A DNA stretch of 64,000 nucleotides. It comes from Malacoraja senta (taxonomy: Eukaryota). Position numbers and translations under genes: made by a program. Location: assembly GCA_038087875.1 (NCBI GenBank), contig CM075993.1:8184001-8248000 (forward strand), written 5' to 3'. How positions within the stretch are numbered: the stretch's first letter is position 1; every line of letters begins with the position of its first letter. Below, piece by piece: positions 51,712 to 63,822 of the stretch. The notes under the pieces are model-generated. The model had not been told where the DNA came from. It ran no database searches and saw only the letters and a program-made list of their open reading frames with translations.

Positions 51712-52200
51712 TGCACTCCCTTAACTCTACCCAGACTACCAGCCTGGATAATGTCCTCATGTCTCTGGAGGTTTATGGCTCAGATGGTGTTCCTCTGTTC
51801 ACTTAAGCTCTGGTGGAAACCCTCATGTGTTAGATATTCCCTGTTGGATATTGCCTGGAATTAAACATGATAGTCTACGTTTTGGGCACCATGTAGAATT
51901 AAAAGGTATTTTGTATTTTATAAATTTTGTGAGTTCCCTGATGCAAGACGTAAATGATTTGGAAGACGGTGCAAAGAAAAGGTGAGTTGTTGAGGCTGGG
52001 GTATCACTATCGTGAATAAAACCGACATGAATGTGAAATTATAGCCGTAATGTCCAATTCCTCACTGGGTATATCTCAGGCCAACTCTTTTTCCTGCAAC
52101 CCTCGCTGGTCGGCATGGAAGGGCCGAGGGGCCAGTTTCCGTGCTGTATCTCTCAAGTCTAAAGTTTCTAAAGTTTAGGTCAAAATTGCTTTATGCCTAT

Positions 52201-52960
52201 TTGATTTTGATTTGATTTGATTTAATTTATTGTCATTGTCTTCAATGAAGAGACAACTAAATTATTTTTCCCTTACAGTCATACAAAAAAAAGATAACAA
52301 AAACACAGAACACAGTAGTCCACAACACAAACATCCCCACAGCAGCACCAAAGTTCCCCACTGTGAGGGAAGGAACCAAAGTCCAGTCAACCTCCTCGCC
52401 GATGTTCACTCGTGGTCGGGGCCTCGATGTTCAGGCCCTCTCGCCGGGAACCTCTCGTCGGCCACCTTCCACCGGAGTCCGCGGCTCCCGATGTCCACAG
52501 GCCGCGCTGGGCGGAGATTCGCACTGGCGACCCCCGGCAAAGGGTCCCAGGACTCCGCGATGTTAAAGTCAGGGCCGCCCGTGTTGGGAGCTCCACACCC
52601 ACAGCTCCGTGATGTTGGAGCAGCGGCCCAGCACTCCGGAGCTCCAAGCGGCGATCCCAGGAAGGCCTCGCCCGCTCCGCGATATTTCCAGCGCCTCGCC
52701 GCCGCTGCTGAAGCTCTGGTCCGGTCCTGGCAGGAAAGGCCGCGCCAATCGGGCTGGTGGGCCGCGAGGGGGGGGGGCGAGGACGCGACTCGGATAATAG
52801 CCGCATCATCGCCATGAAGCTACTGAAGGACGGTTTCCCCCTTACCCTACCCGCTTCCACCCACATAAAATACTGGAAAAAAAAACACACTCTAAACATA
52901 ACAAAATAAAAAAAGACAGCCAGACCGTGGGCGGAGGCAGCTAGCAACAGCGCTACCGGA
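52201..52960 (-). mobile_element. CpG-rich non-autonomous retroelement (unclassified)
   Basis: (AATCA)n tail on the - strand; blocks shared with 40222-40944. Confidence 0.6.
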
Positions 52961-53074
52961 TGTCCAATTTCTGTTTAATAATGCTTTCGCAAAGCACTTG
53001 GGATATTTTACCACGCTGAAAAGTGGTACATAGTGAAGTCAGGTCTATAACATATGACAGCAAAACAAATTTCT

Positions 53075-53890
53075 GCCAGAGACCCGAATTTGACTATGAC
53101 ATCGAGTGCTGTCTGTGTGGAGTTTGCACGTTCTCCCTGCGACTACTTGTGGTTCCTCCTGATGATCTGGTTTTCTGCCACATGCAAAAACATGCAGGTT
53201 TGTAGACTAAATAGCCACTTTAAAAATATGTGCCCCTAATGTATGAGTAAGGAGGGTAAGAAAAAACTAGTTTGAACAGCTGATCGATGGTCAGCGTTGA
53301 CTCGATGATCCAAAGGGGGCCTGTTTCAACACTGTCTCTTACCCAAAGGGTGGCACAAGTGGCGTAGCTGGTGGAACCGCTGCCTCACAGTGCCAGAGAC
53401 CCGGATTCAATCCTGAGTCCGTGTGTTGTCCGTGTAGTCTGTATGTTCTCCTTGTTGGTTTCCTCAAGGTGCTCCAGTTTGCCCCTTTCATCCAAAAGAC
53501 GCAGGTTTGTGGGTTAATTGGCCTCTGTAAATGTATCCTTGCAAGATTTACACACATTATTTACCATCTTGTGCTGCTGCCTCACTGCTCCAGGGACTCT
53601 TTTTCAATTCTGATCTGTGATCCTGCCCATTGAGAGTTTGTATGTTTTTCCTGTGACCTTGTGGGTTTTCCCTGGCTGCTACGGGTTTCCACATATCCCA
53701 AAGGCATGCTGGTTGTGAGGTTAATTGGTTACTGTTAATTACCACTGGTGCAGGTGAATGGTTGAGGACTCCGGGTGGAGTTGATGAGCATGTGAGCAGG
53801 AACAGATTACAGGGAAATAAGTGGGGGAATGAGACGGATAGGTCTGCACTAAGAATTGAAGTAATCTGACAGGCTGAATGGCCTACTATG
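53075..53890 (+). mobile_element. Cluster of three degenerate V-SINEs
   Basis: Three successive V-domain remnants near 53110, 53430 and 53640. Confidence 0.7.
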
Positions 53891-54065
53891 CCCCTACGTT
53901 AGAAAATATGAAAAAATAGCAAACATGAAAACTATTCTTTGTTTTGGAAAATTACTATTATAGATATTTGCATTTTGAATGTGCAGAGATTGTATGATTT
54001 TACACACATTTGTGCATGTGTGCCTGCACACACAGTCTTTTATTCCAATTAGAATCTTATTTGAT

Positions 54066-54413
54066 GATAGACACAAAGTGCTGGAGTTATTCAGCGGGTC
54101 AGGCAGCATCTCTGGAAAAAAGGAATAGGTGACGTTTCGGGTTGAAACCTTTCTTCAGTCTTCACCCATTCATTCTATCCAGGGATGCTGCCTGTCCCGC
54201 TGAGTTACTCCAGCATTTTGTGTCTATCTTATAGACAATAGGTGCAGGAGTAGGTCATTTGGCCCTTCGAGCCTGCACCGTCATTCAATGTGATCATGGC
54301 TGATCATCCCCAATCAGTACCCCGTTCCTGCCTTCTCTCCATATCCCCCGACTCTGCTATATTTAAGAGCCCTATCTTCAATGTAAACCAGCATCTGCAG
54401 TTCCTTCCTACAC
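54066..54413. mobile_element. Palindromic Penelope-derived unit with nested CR1 tail (54231-54372)
   Basis: Inverted arms; a CR1 3' UTR in reverse orientation interrupts the right arm. Confidence 0.8.
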
Positions 54414-56549
54414 ATTGAATCTTAATTGAGAGCTACTAGAAGATACCTTTCTGCACCTGTCTGGGCCAAACTTCATCCAGAGCTAAAAGACATTTATTTC
54501 ATAGCCTGCATAAGTCCGATGTTTCTTTTTCACCTTTTGTGTACAAGAAACAAAAAAAACCTCTAGCTGTCTGTTTTCTGTCAACACCACGGTAAGTTGC
54601 TGTTTGTTTTATTGTGCTCTCACTACGCCTGACCTTGTATGTTGTTATACGGAACACTCCGCTGACTTCATCCAAATTCTTGTCGTTGCGTCTGCCCATG
54701 ACCTGCTGTTCACAATCTCACCTCCAACTTTCCGTTTCGCTGAGAACATGACTATCATTTAAACTGAAGGGCACACGAGACATAATCCTGGTTTCAGTCC
54801 AGCTTTCAAGAACTCATTGCATGGACCTGTTTTTTATTAAAGTCAACTTCATGTTTTCATTGTGAAGGTGAAATAAGACAAGTGTGTCTGACTGGCAGGG
54901 AGATAATTCCTGAACTGAAAAGACCTTGGTCGAATTCCAGATTTGAAAACCACCTCAGCCTTCCTCCTAGCATGCTGTTTCAGGCTAACACAATGACAAG
55001 TACTGACAGATATGACACTTAAATCTGCTTTGTATGTCAGTGTATGCTTGGGTCCACGTTTGAATGCTTGATATGAAATATGATGCTGCCTGCACATTGA
55101 CATTTCCCTCTCATCTCTGTCTCTACGCTCATGGTCAGAGTCTGTGAGTTAGCACCAAGGAACTGGGAGCATGGTTGATAAAAGGAGAGCTCTATCCTCT
55201 TTGTTATATACAAGGTGGCTGCATTGCAGTGACGAGAACCATACTATCTCCCTTTCTGCAGTGGAAATTTTCAAGGAATACCTAGAATTTTCCTCCGAGA
55301 TGATTTTCTTTTTACTTCGGGGATAATCTTTTCACTGGAGCATCATATCCGTATTTGGAATGAAGCTGTAGAAGTGGATATAATTAACTTTCAAAAGACA
55401 TATGGACAGGAAGGGTTTGGAGGGATATGTCCCAAATGCTGGCAAATGGGACTAGCCCAGAATGCCAACATGGTCCACATGGACAAGTTGGTCAGTTTCC
55501 ATGCTGTGTATTTCTTTGACTCTGTATGACATCAAAAGAAAAAAATGTTTATATTGGTTGGTGACCACAAAGGAAAATTAACTTGCAAGTACCTCTGGCC
55601 TTGAATGGGTTTTGAAACCAAATTAACTAACACCATCCAACGGAGTCGTGAATCTTCGTTATTTTGTCTTTTTTATTTGTTCACTGAGCTTGAGCATCAT
55701 TATCGGATCTAGACTTCATTATCCTGAAATATCTTCGGGACCCTGACAGTGAGCCATCTTCATCCTCTTCAGTGTGATCATTGTGGTCAAACTGCGGATG
55801 GGAAAGGGTTCCACGAGGATGGACAAGTGCCAATACATATACAGGTGGCGATAATACTCTCCTAGAGTCACCCCCTTGTTGTGGTGGCAAAACTTGCGTG
55901 AGCCTAAGATCCCGAGAGCTAAACCCTCCGGAGCTGTGTTCCTGGCAGGGTCACCCATGGCAGGGCAGGTCGAGGGGAGAGGGAATTGAACAGGCAAGGG
56001 AATTGGAGGAGAGAGGGAAGAGAAAGAAAACAGGACATAGAATTTAAACAAAAAATCTAATTCAAGTTCCTGTCAAAGAGACGGAAGAGAAAATCAGGTC
56101 AATGTTTGGAAACCCTCAACAATGTTGTCTGAAGGTGTCAGCATGGAAGTCAGGAAGCCAGAGGGTACACTGAGGATTTGATGCCAGTGCATCTGGCTTG
56201 GTACCCCACCATAACAGGGCTGCAGCTCGGATGTTCTGAGAGGCTTGATTCACTTCATAGCTGGTATCCGACCATCTTAATGCTTTTGCCGTTGAACCTT
56301 CTGTGACTTCCAATGGCTTCCTTTTACCTTGTGCACACAATTTCAAATTAGCCCTGTGCACAAATTCCTTGTCTCTTTCACAGCAATCTGTCTTTCAGTT
56401 CAGTCATCTCATCCCCATTCTCCTGCACCCACATGCCCTGGGTATTACTTTCCCTATGTCTTATTTGTCAGACAAGCTAGTCCACCAAGTGCTTCGGACA
56501 AAGGTGCTGGATAAATTATGATTTGAATCCAAGGTAAGTTTTTCAAGGT

Positions 56550-56955
56550 GTGGACTCTTGTACATCGACGAGACTAAACGTAGATTGTTTCGCTGAACAC
56601 CTTCGCCTGGGCCTACCTGATCACCCGGTTGCAAAACACTTTAATTTCCTTTCCCATTGCCATACTGACCTCCTCCATTGTCAGAGTGAGGCCAAACACA
56701 AATTGGAGGAACAGCATCTCATATTTTGCTTGGGCAGCTTACAACCCAGCGGTACGAATATTGTGCAGGAAAGAACTGCAGATGCTGGTTTAAATTGAAG
56801 GTAGACGCAAAATGCTGGAGTAACTCAGCAGGACAGGCAGCATCTCTGGAGAGAAGGAATGGGTGACATTTTGGGTCGAGACCCTTCTTCAGACGGACCG
56901 ACTTCAGTCTGAAGAAGGGTCTCGGTATGAATATTGTTTTCTCTAACTTCAAGTA
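56550..56955 (+). mobile_element. Penelope GIY-YIG 3' fragment with nested short unit (56765-56922)
   Basis: FAEHLR...HCQSEAKHKLEEQHLIFCLGSLQPSG; the insert is flanked by cggta(c/t)gaatattgt. Confidence 0.82.
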
Positions 56956-57915
56956 ACACTGTATTGTTTGATCTGAAAATTCAGGATGATGTGCACTTTG
57001 CCATGGGTGTGTCCTGGTGCCCTGTTGTGAAATATTATTTGGAATGGTGTTTAGCAGCTTGTTATAGATTTGGCCAACCTCGATAGTTATATTGCAGTTT
57101 AAGAGCATTCAAGCATTCTTTTTCCACCCAACATAGCCTGATATTTTCAAAGTAACCTTTTCAATGTTGAGCAGGAACAATGCATGGTCTAAAGTTCTGA
57201 AAGGGGACCAATTACTTAGGGTATCTTCACCTCCTAAATTTAGAGTGCTCACTTGAACTAGATTAAAGAATGAGGAAGATTCTGTGGTAAGTTCTAATGC
57301 TTTCGTTTTTGTTTTGTTAGCAACATTTAATCACACCCACCCACAGATGTTGAAATATAAGAATTATCTACAGATCTGTCGTACTGCAATAGATAATCAC
57401 ATATTGAATTACATCACTCAGCTTTGTGTACTGACATTCAGTGTGATCAGTTAACAATTAATTATGGTTAATATTAACATCCTTTACATCTTCTCCATCT
57501 GTTCCATTGATTTTTTTTTGTGTTATATATAAACTAAACCCGCACTATGGTGAGGAAACAGGCCAGAAGGGCTTATTGATCCTAGAGGAACAAGAGAGCT
57601 ATATTAATGCATTTGCACAGAAGCATCTTGTGTTTCTGTAGATCTTTGTTATCTTTACCTCTTGTATTTGCTCCCTCACCTCATCAGGATCAGTAATCCT
57701 GGGAACTTGTTTTTGGTCAGAACGATCCATGCACTAATTTAGAAATGGGCTGAAGGGTTTGTTACATGTTGCTTGATTTTCTGCGTCTTTAAAATTGGTG
57801 TTGGTTTATTTTGCCACATGTACAGAGATAAAGTGAAAAACTTTGCTTTGCGTACTATCCAGTCAAATCATATTATATGTGAGCACAATCAAACTATACA
57901 TAAGTTCAAAAGTTA

Positions 57916-58422
57916 AGGGCCTGTCCCACTTGGGCAACCTAATCCGCGAGTTCTGGCGAGTTTGCCCTCGACTCATACTCGCAGCATGGCCGACACGAGG
58001 TCTTAGGAGGTCTTCGTAACTCTCCTTCATGCTCAAGAGTGGTCTCCGCGTACTCGAGGCCTCAGCTAGGTCGCGGCGTTTTTTCAATATGTTAAAAAAT
58101 GCCTGCGAGTAAAAAAGGTCACCATGAAAAAAAAGATACTTTTTTTACTCGTAGGTTTAGTCGTAGTAGGTCGTAGTAGGTCAGCATGTTAGTCGTAGGT
58201 AATCGAGGGTAGTCGGAGGTGGTCGTAGATAGTCTTCATCATAGTCGAAGGGAGGCCGAAGGAGATCGAAGGAGGTCGTCTTCACTCTCCACTATTCAGT
58301 GTACAATTTTCCCGAAGTTAGTCGAAGCTAGTCTTCAACATAGTCGAAGGAGGTCTTCAACATGTCATTTTTTCAAACTCTTCTAAACTCGCCAATTAGG
58401 TCGCCCAAGTGGGACAGCCCCT
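57916..58422. mobile_element. PIF/Harbinger-type MITE with internal short tandem repeats
   Basis: TIR AGGGCCTGTCCCACTTGGGC / GCCCAAGTGGGACAGCCCCT with TTA TSD; inserted in a Rex1-like tail. Confidence 0.86.
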
Positions 58423-58724
58423 TTAGTACAAAGGGAAAAACACCAGAGTGCAGAATACAGTGTTACAGCCGCAGAGAAAGTGCAGATTTTTAAAAAAGTG
58501 CAAGGGCCACAATTAGGTAGATTGGGAGGTCAGGATTACACGCTTAGTTTATGAGAAGTCTGTTCAGTAGTCGAATGACAGGAGGGAAGAAGCTGTTCAT
58601 GAATCTGGTGGAACATGCTTTCAAGCTTTGGTTTCAAAGGGAGAATAAGCGGGATGTAAATAATCCATGATTATATTAGCTGCTTTCCCAAGGCAGGGTG
58701 AAGTGTAAACGGAGTCAGTGGAAG

Positions 58725-59092
58725 GTGTAGGAACGAACTGCAAATGTTGGTCTAAACCAAAGATAGTCACAAAAAGCTGGAGTAACTTAGCGGGTCAGGC
58801 AGCATCTCTGGAGAAAAGGATTTGGTGATGTTTCGGGTCGATACCCTTCTTCAAACTGAGAGTCAGGGGAAAAGGAAACGCGAGATTTAGCTGGTGATAT
58901 AGACAGATGTAGAACGTGCATAAAAGATATGCACATGTATCGATGATCAAGGAAAGGTGGAGCCCACAATGGTCCATTGGTGGCTGTGGGCTAGTTATAC
59001 GAGTTGCACAGACAGTGAAACTCAACAGAGCGACAGTGATACTAGTATGATGATGACTAGGGTGTGGGAGGGACAGGGAGAGGGAATGCAAG
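58725..59092 (-). mobile_element. Penelope pLTR/3' UTR fragment
   Basis: Same terminal sequence as the other Penelope units, plus a longer upstream UTR. Confidence 0.7.
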
Positions 59093-60049
59093 GGTGAGGC
59101 TGGTTAGTGAAATGGTCTGGTCTACCTCCACAACTCCCTAATGTTAGTATTTTCACTATTTAAGTTAATTAATACTGAGGTAGGTGAGATCATACCGACC
59201 GAGAGGAGATCTGAACTCGTATTGCTCAGGGTGAATTTATGTTGAGCTGCCGCGTCTCGCAAGGGCTGAACTTTGGAACATCCTGACACATTTCATTTAT
59301 TTTTAAAGTGATATCAAACTGGGATTTATAAATATAGTTTTCAACACTTGGTATAGAAGATCTGCGTGCAGGGAAGTCTTGGATTTGACATTTGTTTTGG
59401 TCTGTCACTTAAAATTGCCTGGTGAATTTGCACACATTAAGGGCAGCGTGTCACGACGTGTTTGAAATACTCTATTACTGCCACACATTCTCGTTCACCG
59501 CAGCCACCGCCACACAATCTAGCGTTAGCATTAAAATTGAGGCAGCTCCTTGAAAACGGCTGATGATAAAGGAACTATCAAAGCTACTGCCTCCATCACG
59601 GTCAACACTAGTGGAGAGCTGTATCAGACACGAGGAGTGATAAATGTCTGATAAAGGCAGGAATAATTAGGCAATCGATCATCCTATCGACACTTGTCTT
59701 TTCAAGCTCAGACTTTGAATGATACGAAATTTTGAAATTTACCTTCTGGAACAAACTTCCACTGCAAATGCTAAACTTAAAAAGTATTTCATATCTCTGG
59801 ATTGGCATTAAATAATTCACACATTAATGAGTTTCTGGCCTAGTTGTTCAAAAATAAAGAAATTCTTCATACACTCGTATTTATATAGTGCTTTTTCGAC
59901 TTCTGTTCCCAAAGCCAATCCACAGCTGGAGAGCGATGTTGAATGTGTACAACACGCTGGTCAGACATGGTGCAGTAAAGATTATTCTGAGTAATTCCAG
60001 GAATTTAAAGTTGTGCCTTTATTTAAGAAAGATTGCAATGACTAGCCAG

Positions 60050-61440
60050 GGAACTGTAGCCGGTGACCTAACATCAGTGGTGTGAAAGTTACTGGAGGCA
60101 TTCTAAGAGCCAGGATCTATCTGCATTTAGAAAGGCAAGCACTGGTTAGGGACAGCCTGCATGGCTTTTTGCATGCGATATCATTTCATTGAGTTTTTGG
60201 AAGTTGTAACCAAGAGGAGTGAGAAAGGCAGGATGTAGGTGTCTACGTGGACTTTAGAAAGGTCTTTGACAAGATCTCCACATAAATACTGTGGACAGTC
60301 GGAACCTTTCTCTCAGGGTGGAAGTGTCAAAAGACTAGAGGGCATAGCTTTAAGGTGAAGGGGTCAAAGTTTAAAGGAGTTGTGGAGCATATATTTTTGC
60401 ACAGAGGGTAGTGGGTGCCTGGAATGTGTTGCCAGGGGTGGTGGTGCAGGCAGATACGATAGTGGCATTTAAGAGGTTTAAGAGCCAAATGATCTGGAGG
60501 GATGTGGATCACGTGCAGGCAGATGAGAGAAGTTTACCTTGGCATCATTTTAGCCAGAGACATCATGGGCCGATGGGGCTGTAATGTGCAACGGTAGGCT
60601 GTTTCAGAACGACGAATCTGAATCCCTAAACTAATAAAGCCCCAGGCTGTTGCCGGGCCTCCATTGTCTCCCGGTGCCGGTCCACTCCCTCCTCTCTGGT
60701 CTTGGGCTGGGCGGCAACCTCTCCAGGCGGGTTCTCAGTACCGTGGCATCGAGCCAGGCATGGTCGTGCCTGAGGCCCATCGGGAGTTAAATGAGTGCAG
60801 GACGTACACAGTAAATGGCAGGACCCTGGAGAATGTTGTAGAACAGAGAGACCAAGGGGTACAAGAACATTGCTCCCTGAAAGTGGTGACACAGGTAGAC
60901 CAGGTAATGATGAGGGCATTGGCACACTTGCCTTCATTGATCAGGGCATTGAGTACGAGCTGGAATATCATGTCACAATGGCATTAGTGAGACTAACTTG
61001 GAGAATTGTTTGTTGTTCTGGTCACCGAGCCATAGGAAGGATATCATTAAATGGGACGGGTGCAGAAAAAATTCACGAGAATGTTACCAGAGCTGGAGGG
61101 CTTGAGTTAGACGAGAAAGGCAGAGACTTTTGTCCCTGGAGCCTAAGAGGCTGAGAGGTGACCTTATTCAAAATCAGGAGGTGTTTGCGTAAGATCAGTG
61201 ATCACAATTTTTTGGGCTGAGGATGGTGAGTAGGTGGAGTGAGCTGGGTATATGGAATGAGCTGCCAGAGGAAGTGGTAGAGGTCAAGGGTCAGGAGTCA
61301 AGAGTGTTTTATTGTCACATGTCCCAGATAGAACAATGAAGTTCTTTCTTGCAGCAGCACAACAGAATACAATTACAATGTTTAAAAGGCATTTGGACGG
61401 ATGCATCGAGTACAAGCACAGGTAAATGAGACTAGCTCGG
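60050..61440 (+). mobile_element. Degenerate CR1 LINE fragments
   Basis: Remnants of VYVDFRKVFDK, TRGHSFKVKG and EQRDQGV; fragmented, with inserts. Confidence 0.7.
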
Positions 61441-63038
61441 TTAGGCAACTGAGCTAACTCAGCAACTGGTAAGATTCGCTAGAGCTAAACAAGATCATGA
61501 TGATTTGGCCAAGGTGCAAAAGAGAAGTTGTCAGGTGGCACAGACCTACCACAATGCATTAATAATGTAGGTGAATAGAAGGACAGGCCTTTTAATGTGG
61601 AGTGGTTATCTAAAATTCACGGCCTGTAAGGGTGGGGGAAGCAATTAGGATTTTCAAAAAGTAATTAGACATGCACTGGCAGAAAAATAATTTGCAAAAC
61701 TCTGGGGAATAAGCAAGGGAACAAGCTCAGTGGGATTGACGGGGCATCTGCTTCACGGCAAGGTTTTGTGTGACTCTGTTCATGGAAGACACTGGAGAAG
61801 CTGCAATGTCACTAAATCCTAGGCTTTCTTAACCAGTGCCTAATTTATCAATGATATCTTAAGCTCAGATTCTGGACATTCTCAGACTGGCACCAGTAGC
61901 ACACTCAGGGAAATCACAATTCCTTGCCTTCTGGTAGATTGCATATTCAAATGATATTGGTATCGGTTTATTATTGTCCCTTACACCGAAATACAGCGAA
62001 AAATGCTATCCACGCAAATCATACTATACATGTGCAATCATACCAAACAGGAGTACAACAGGTTAGTGCAAAAAGGGGAAGGAAACTAAGAGTGGAGAAT
62101 ATAGAGTTACCGCTGCTGAGAAAGTGCAGAATTACTTTGTTGCATTGATAATAAACTGCCTGCTATTACTGGAGGCCTCACCTGGCTTGTTGGAATACTG
62201 CTTTGGTCAGCTATTATTAGTCCTCCCCTCCCAGAAGAGTTCCAAAACTATTAGCTTTTGGGTGGGTTGTCTCCAAAGCTGAATATTCCAGGTTACATTG
62301 CGAGTACGTGGTACAGGCAAGAAATACTCACGCAAGGTCCACCTCGCTGAATGGAGCAGGACTATTGTCCTTGTGTTCTCCAACGTGTTCGCCAGAGATG
62401 CTGCCTGACCCGCTGAGTTGCTCCAACACTTTGCGCCCTTTTTTGTAAACCAGTATCTGCAGTTCCTTGTATCCACTATTGTCCTCGTGTTACGAGATGA
62501 ACTAAACGCCATTGATCATCAACGATATGTCGACAGAAACCGGTTCTAGTCACAGTTAAAGCATTAACCTCTGAAAATCAATAGCAGTTTCAAAGGATCC
62601 CATCGTGCAGACTATGCTTGTAGTTATGCATCATTATCAATTTGCAAGATGCTCATGTTTTCATGTAAAGTTGCCAACACTGAATATTAAGGTGCAGGCA
62701 ATAGTGGAGACTTAATTTGTAGCATTTCACTTCCATTGTACTTTACAACACCTTTGCAGGAATTAGCTTTGCATCAATATTTCAAAAGTTTGCACTGGTT
62801 TGAAAGATTAGAAGAGTTGACATATGTTGGGTAGTAGAAGTTCATTTTAATAGGTGTTGCAATGTCAAGTGTGTTGAATGTAGAGATGATGGTAGCTTGT
62901 TTCATTCAATTGTTTCAGTCTTCATAGAAGAACAAGCTCAGTTGTGGGAATTGAATATTGTGCTGGGTAAATTGGAGGAAAGGGATTTCCCCACTGCCCC
63001 AAGGTTTAATATGTTTAATATTTTTCTTTTGTTTTCAG

Positions 63039-63135
63039 TTTGCAGATCAGGAGAGCGGTTCCCCCTTTGTATTTATTTGCACCAATCCTCAGGAACTTCT
63101 GGTGAAATTTCCATTGAAAGGACGACACAAGATCT
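63039..63135 (+). CDS. TRIP4: TRIP4 exon, end of ASCH domain (probable penultimate exon)
   Basis: ttttcag acceptor, GTAAGT donor, phase 0-1. Encodes FADQESGSPFVFICTNPQELLVKFPLKGRHKI, matching recalled human ESDSPFVFICKNPQEMVVKFPIKGNPKIW. Confidence 0.94.
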
Positions 63136-63593
63136 GTAAGTGATGGACTAGCATCTATAACTAATTTTCCGGTGGGCCCATATTTTATGGGTTTAACAGC
63201 CCAAGCAACAAGAGTTGCCAGAAGACTACTTTGAAATGCAATTAATGTCCTTCAGTGTGTAGGTTTATTCTAAGGAATAAATAAGAGGGAGATTAATCAA
63301 GCAATTTATGATACTGCTTTTAATTTCCTTTTTTTCGACTGCTTAATAGTTCTATTTGCTTTACAATTGTTCCATTTCATTTGAAAACAATCCACAAATT
63401 ATGTGTCAAAATGATTTTTAACTGTGATTCTATGTTCTGATTACTTTGTGTAAAAAGTATATTTTTTTGACTTAATAATTATATTAACTTGAAGGCCTTT
63501 CATACTACCACTTTGATTAGTGAATACAATAGACTTAAATGTACCCTGTTCAGGCTCTTCACAGTTGAGTCAGCACAATAGTAGAAGGTCATT

Positions 63594-63822
63594 TGTGCAG
63601 GAAGGAACTGCAGATGCTGGTTTAAACTGAAGAGAGACACAAAAAGCTGGAGTAACTCAGCGGGACAGGCAGCATCTCTGGAGAGAAGGAATGGGTGACC
63701 TTTTTGGGTCGAGACCCTTCTTCAGTCTGAACAAGGGTCCTGATCCAAAGCGTCACCCATTCTTTCGCTCCAGAGTTGCTGCCTGTCCCGCTGAGTTACT
63801 CCAGCTTTTTGTGTCTATTTTC
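63594..63822. mobile_element. Palindromic Penelope-derived unit
   Basis: Inverted arms of about 90 bp centred on ttcag-t-ctgaa (63726). Confidence 0.85.

Noticed and set aside
52230-52947. Long overlapping ORFs (195 and 186 aa)
   Set aside because: Expected from high GC content; low-complexity Arg/Pro/Gly translations with no domain.
58140-58360. CRISPR-like array
   Set aside because: Units are short and irregular with no constant repeat/unique spacer period, there are no cas genes, and the array lies inside a MITE.
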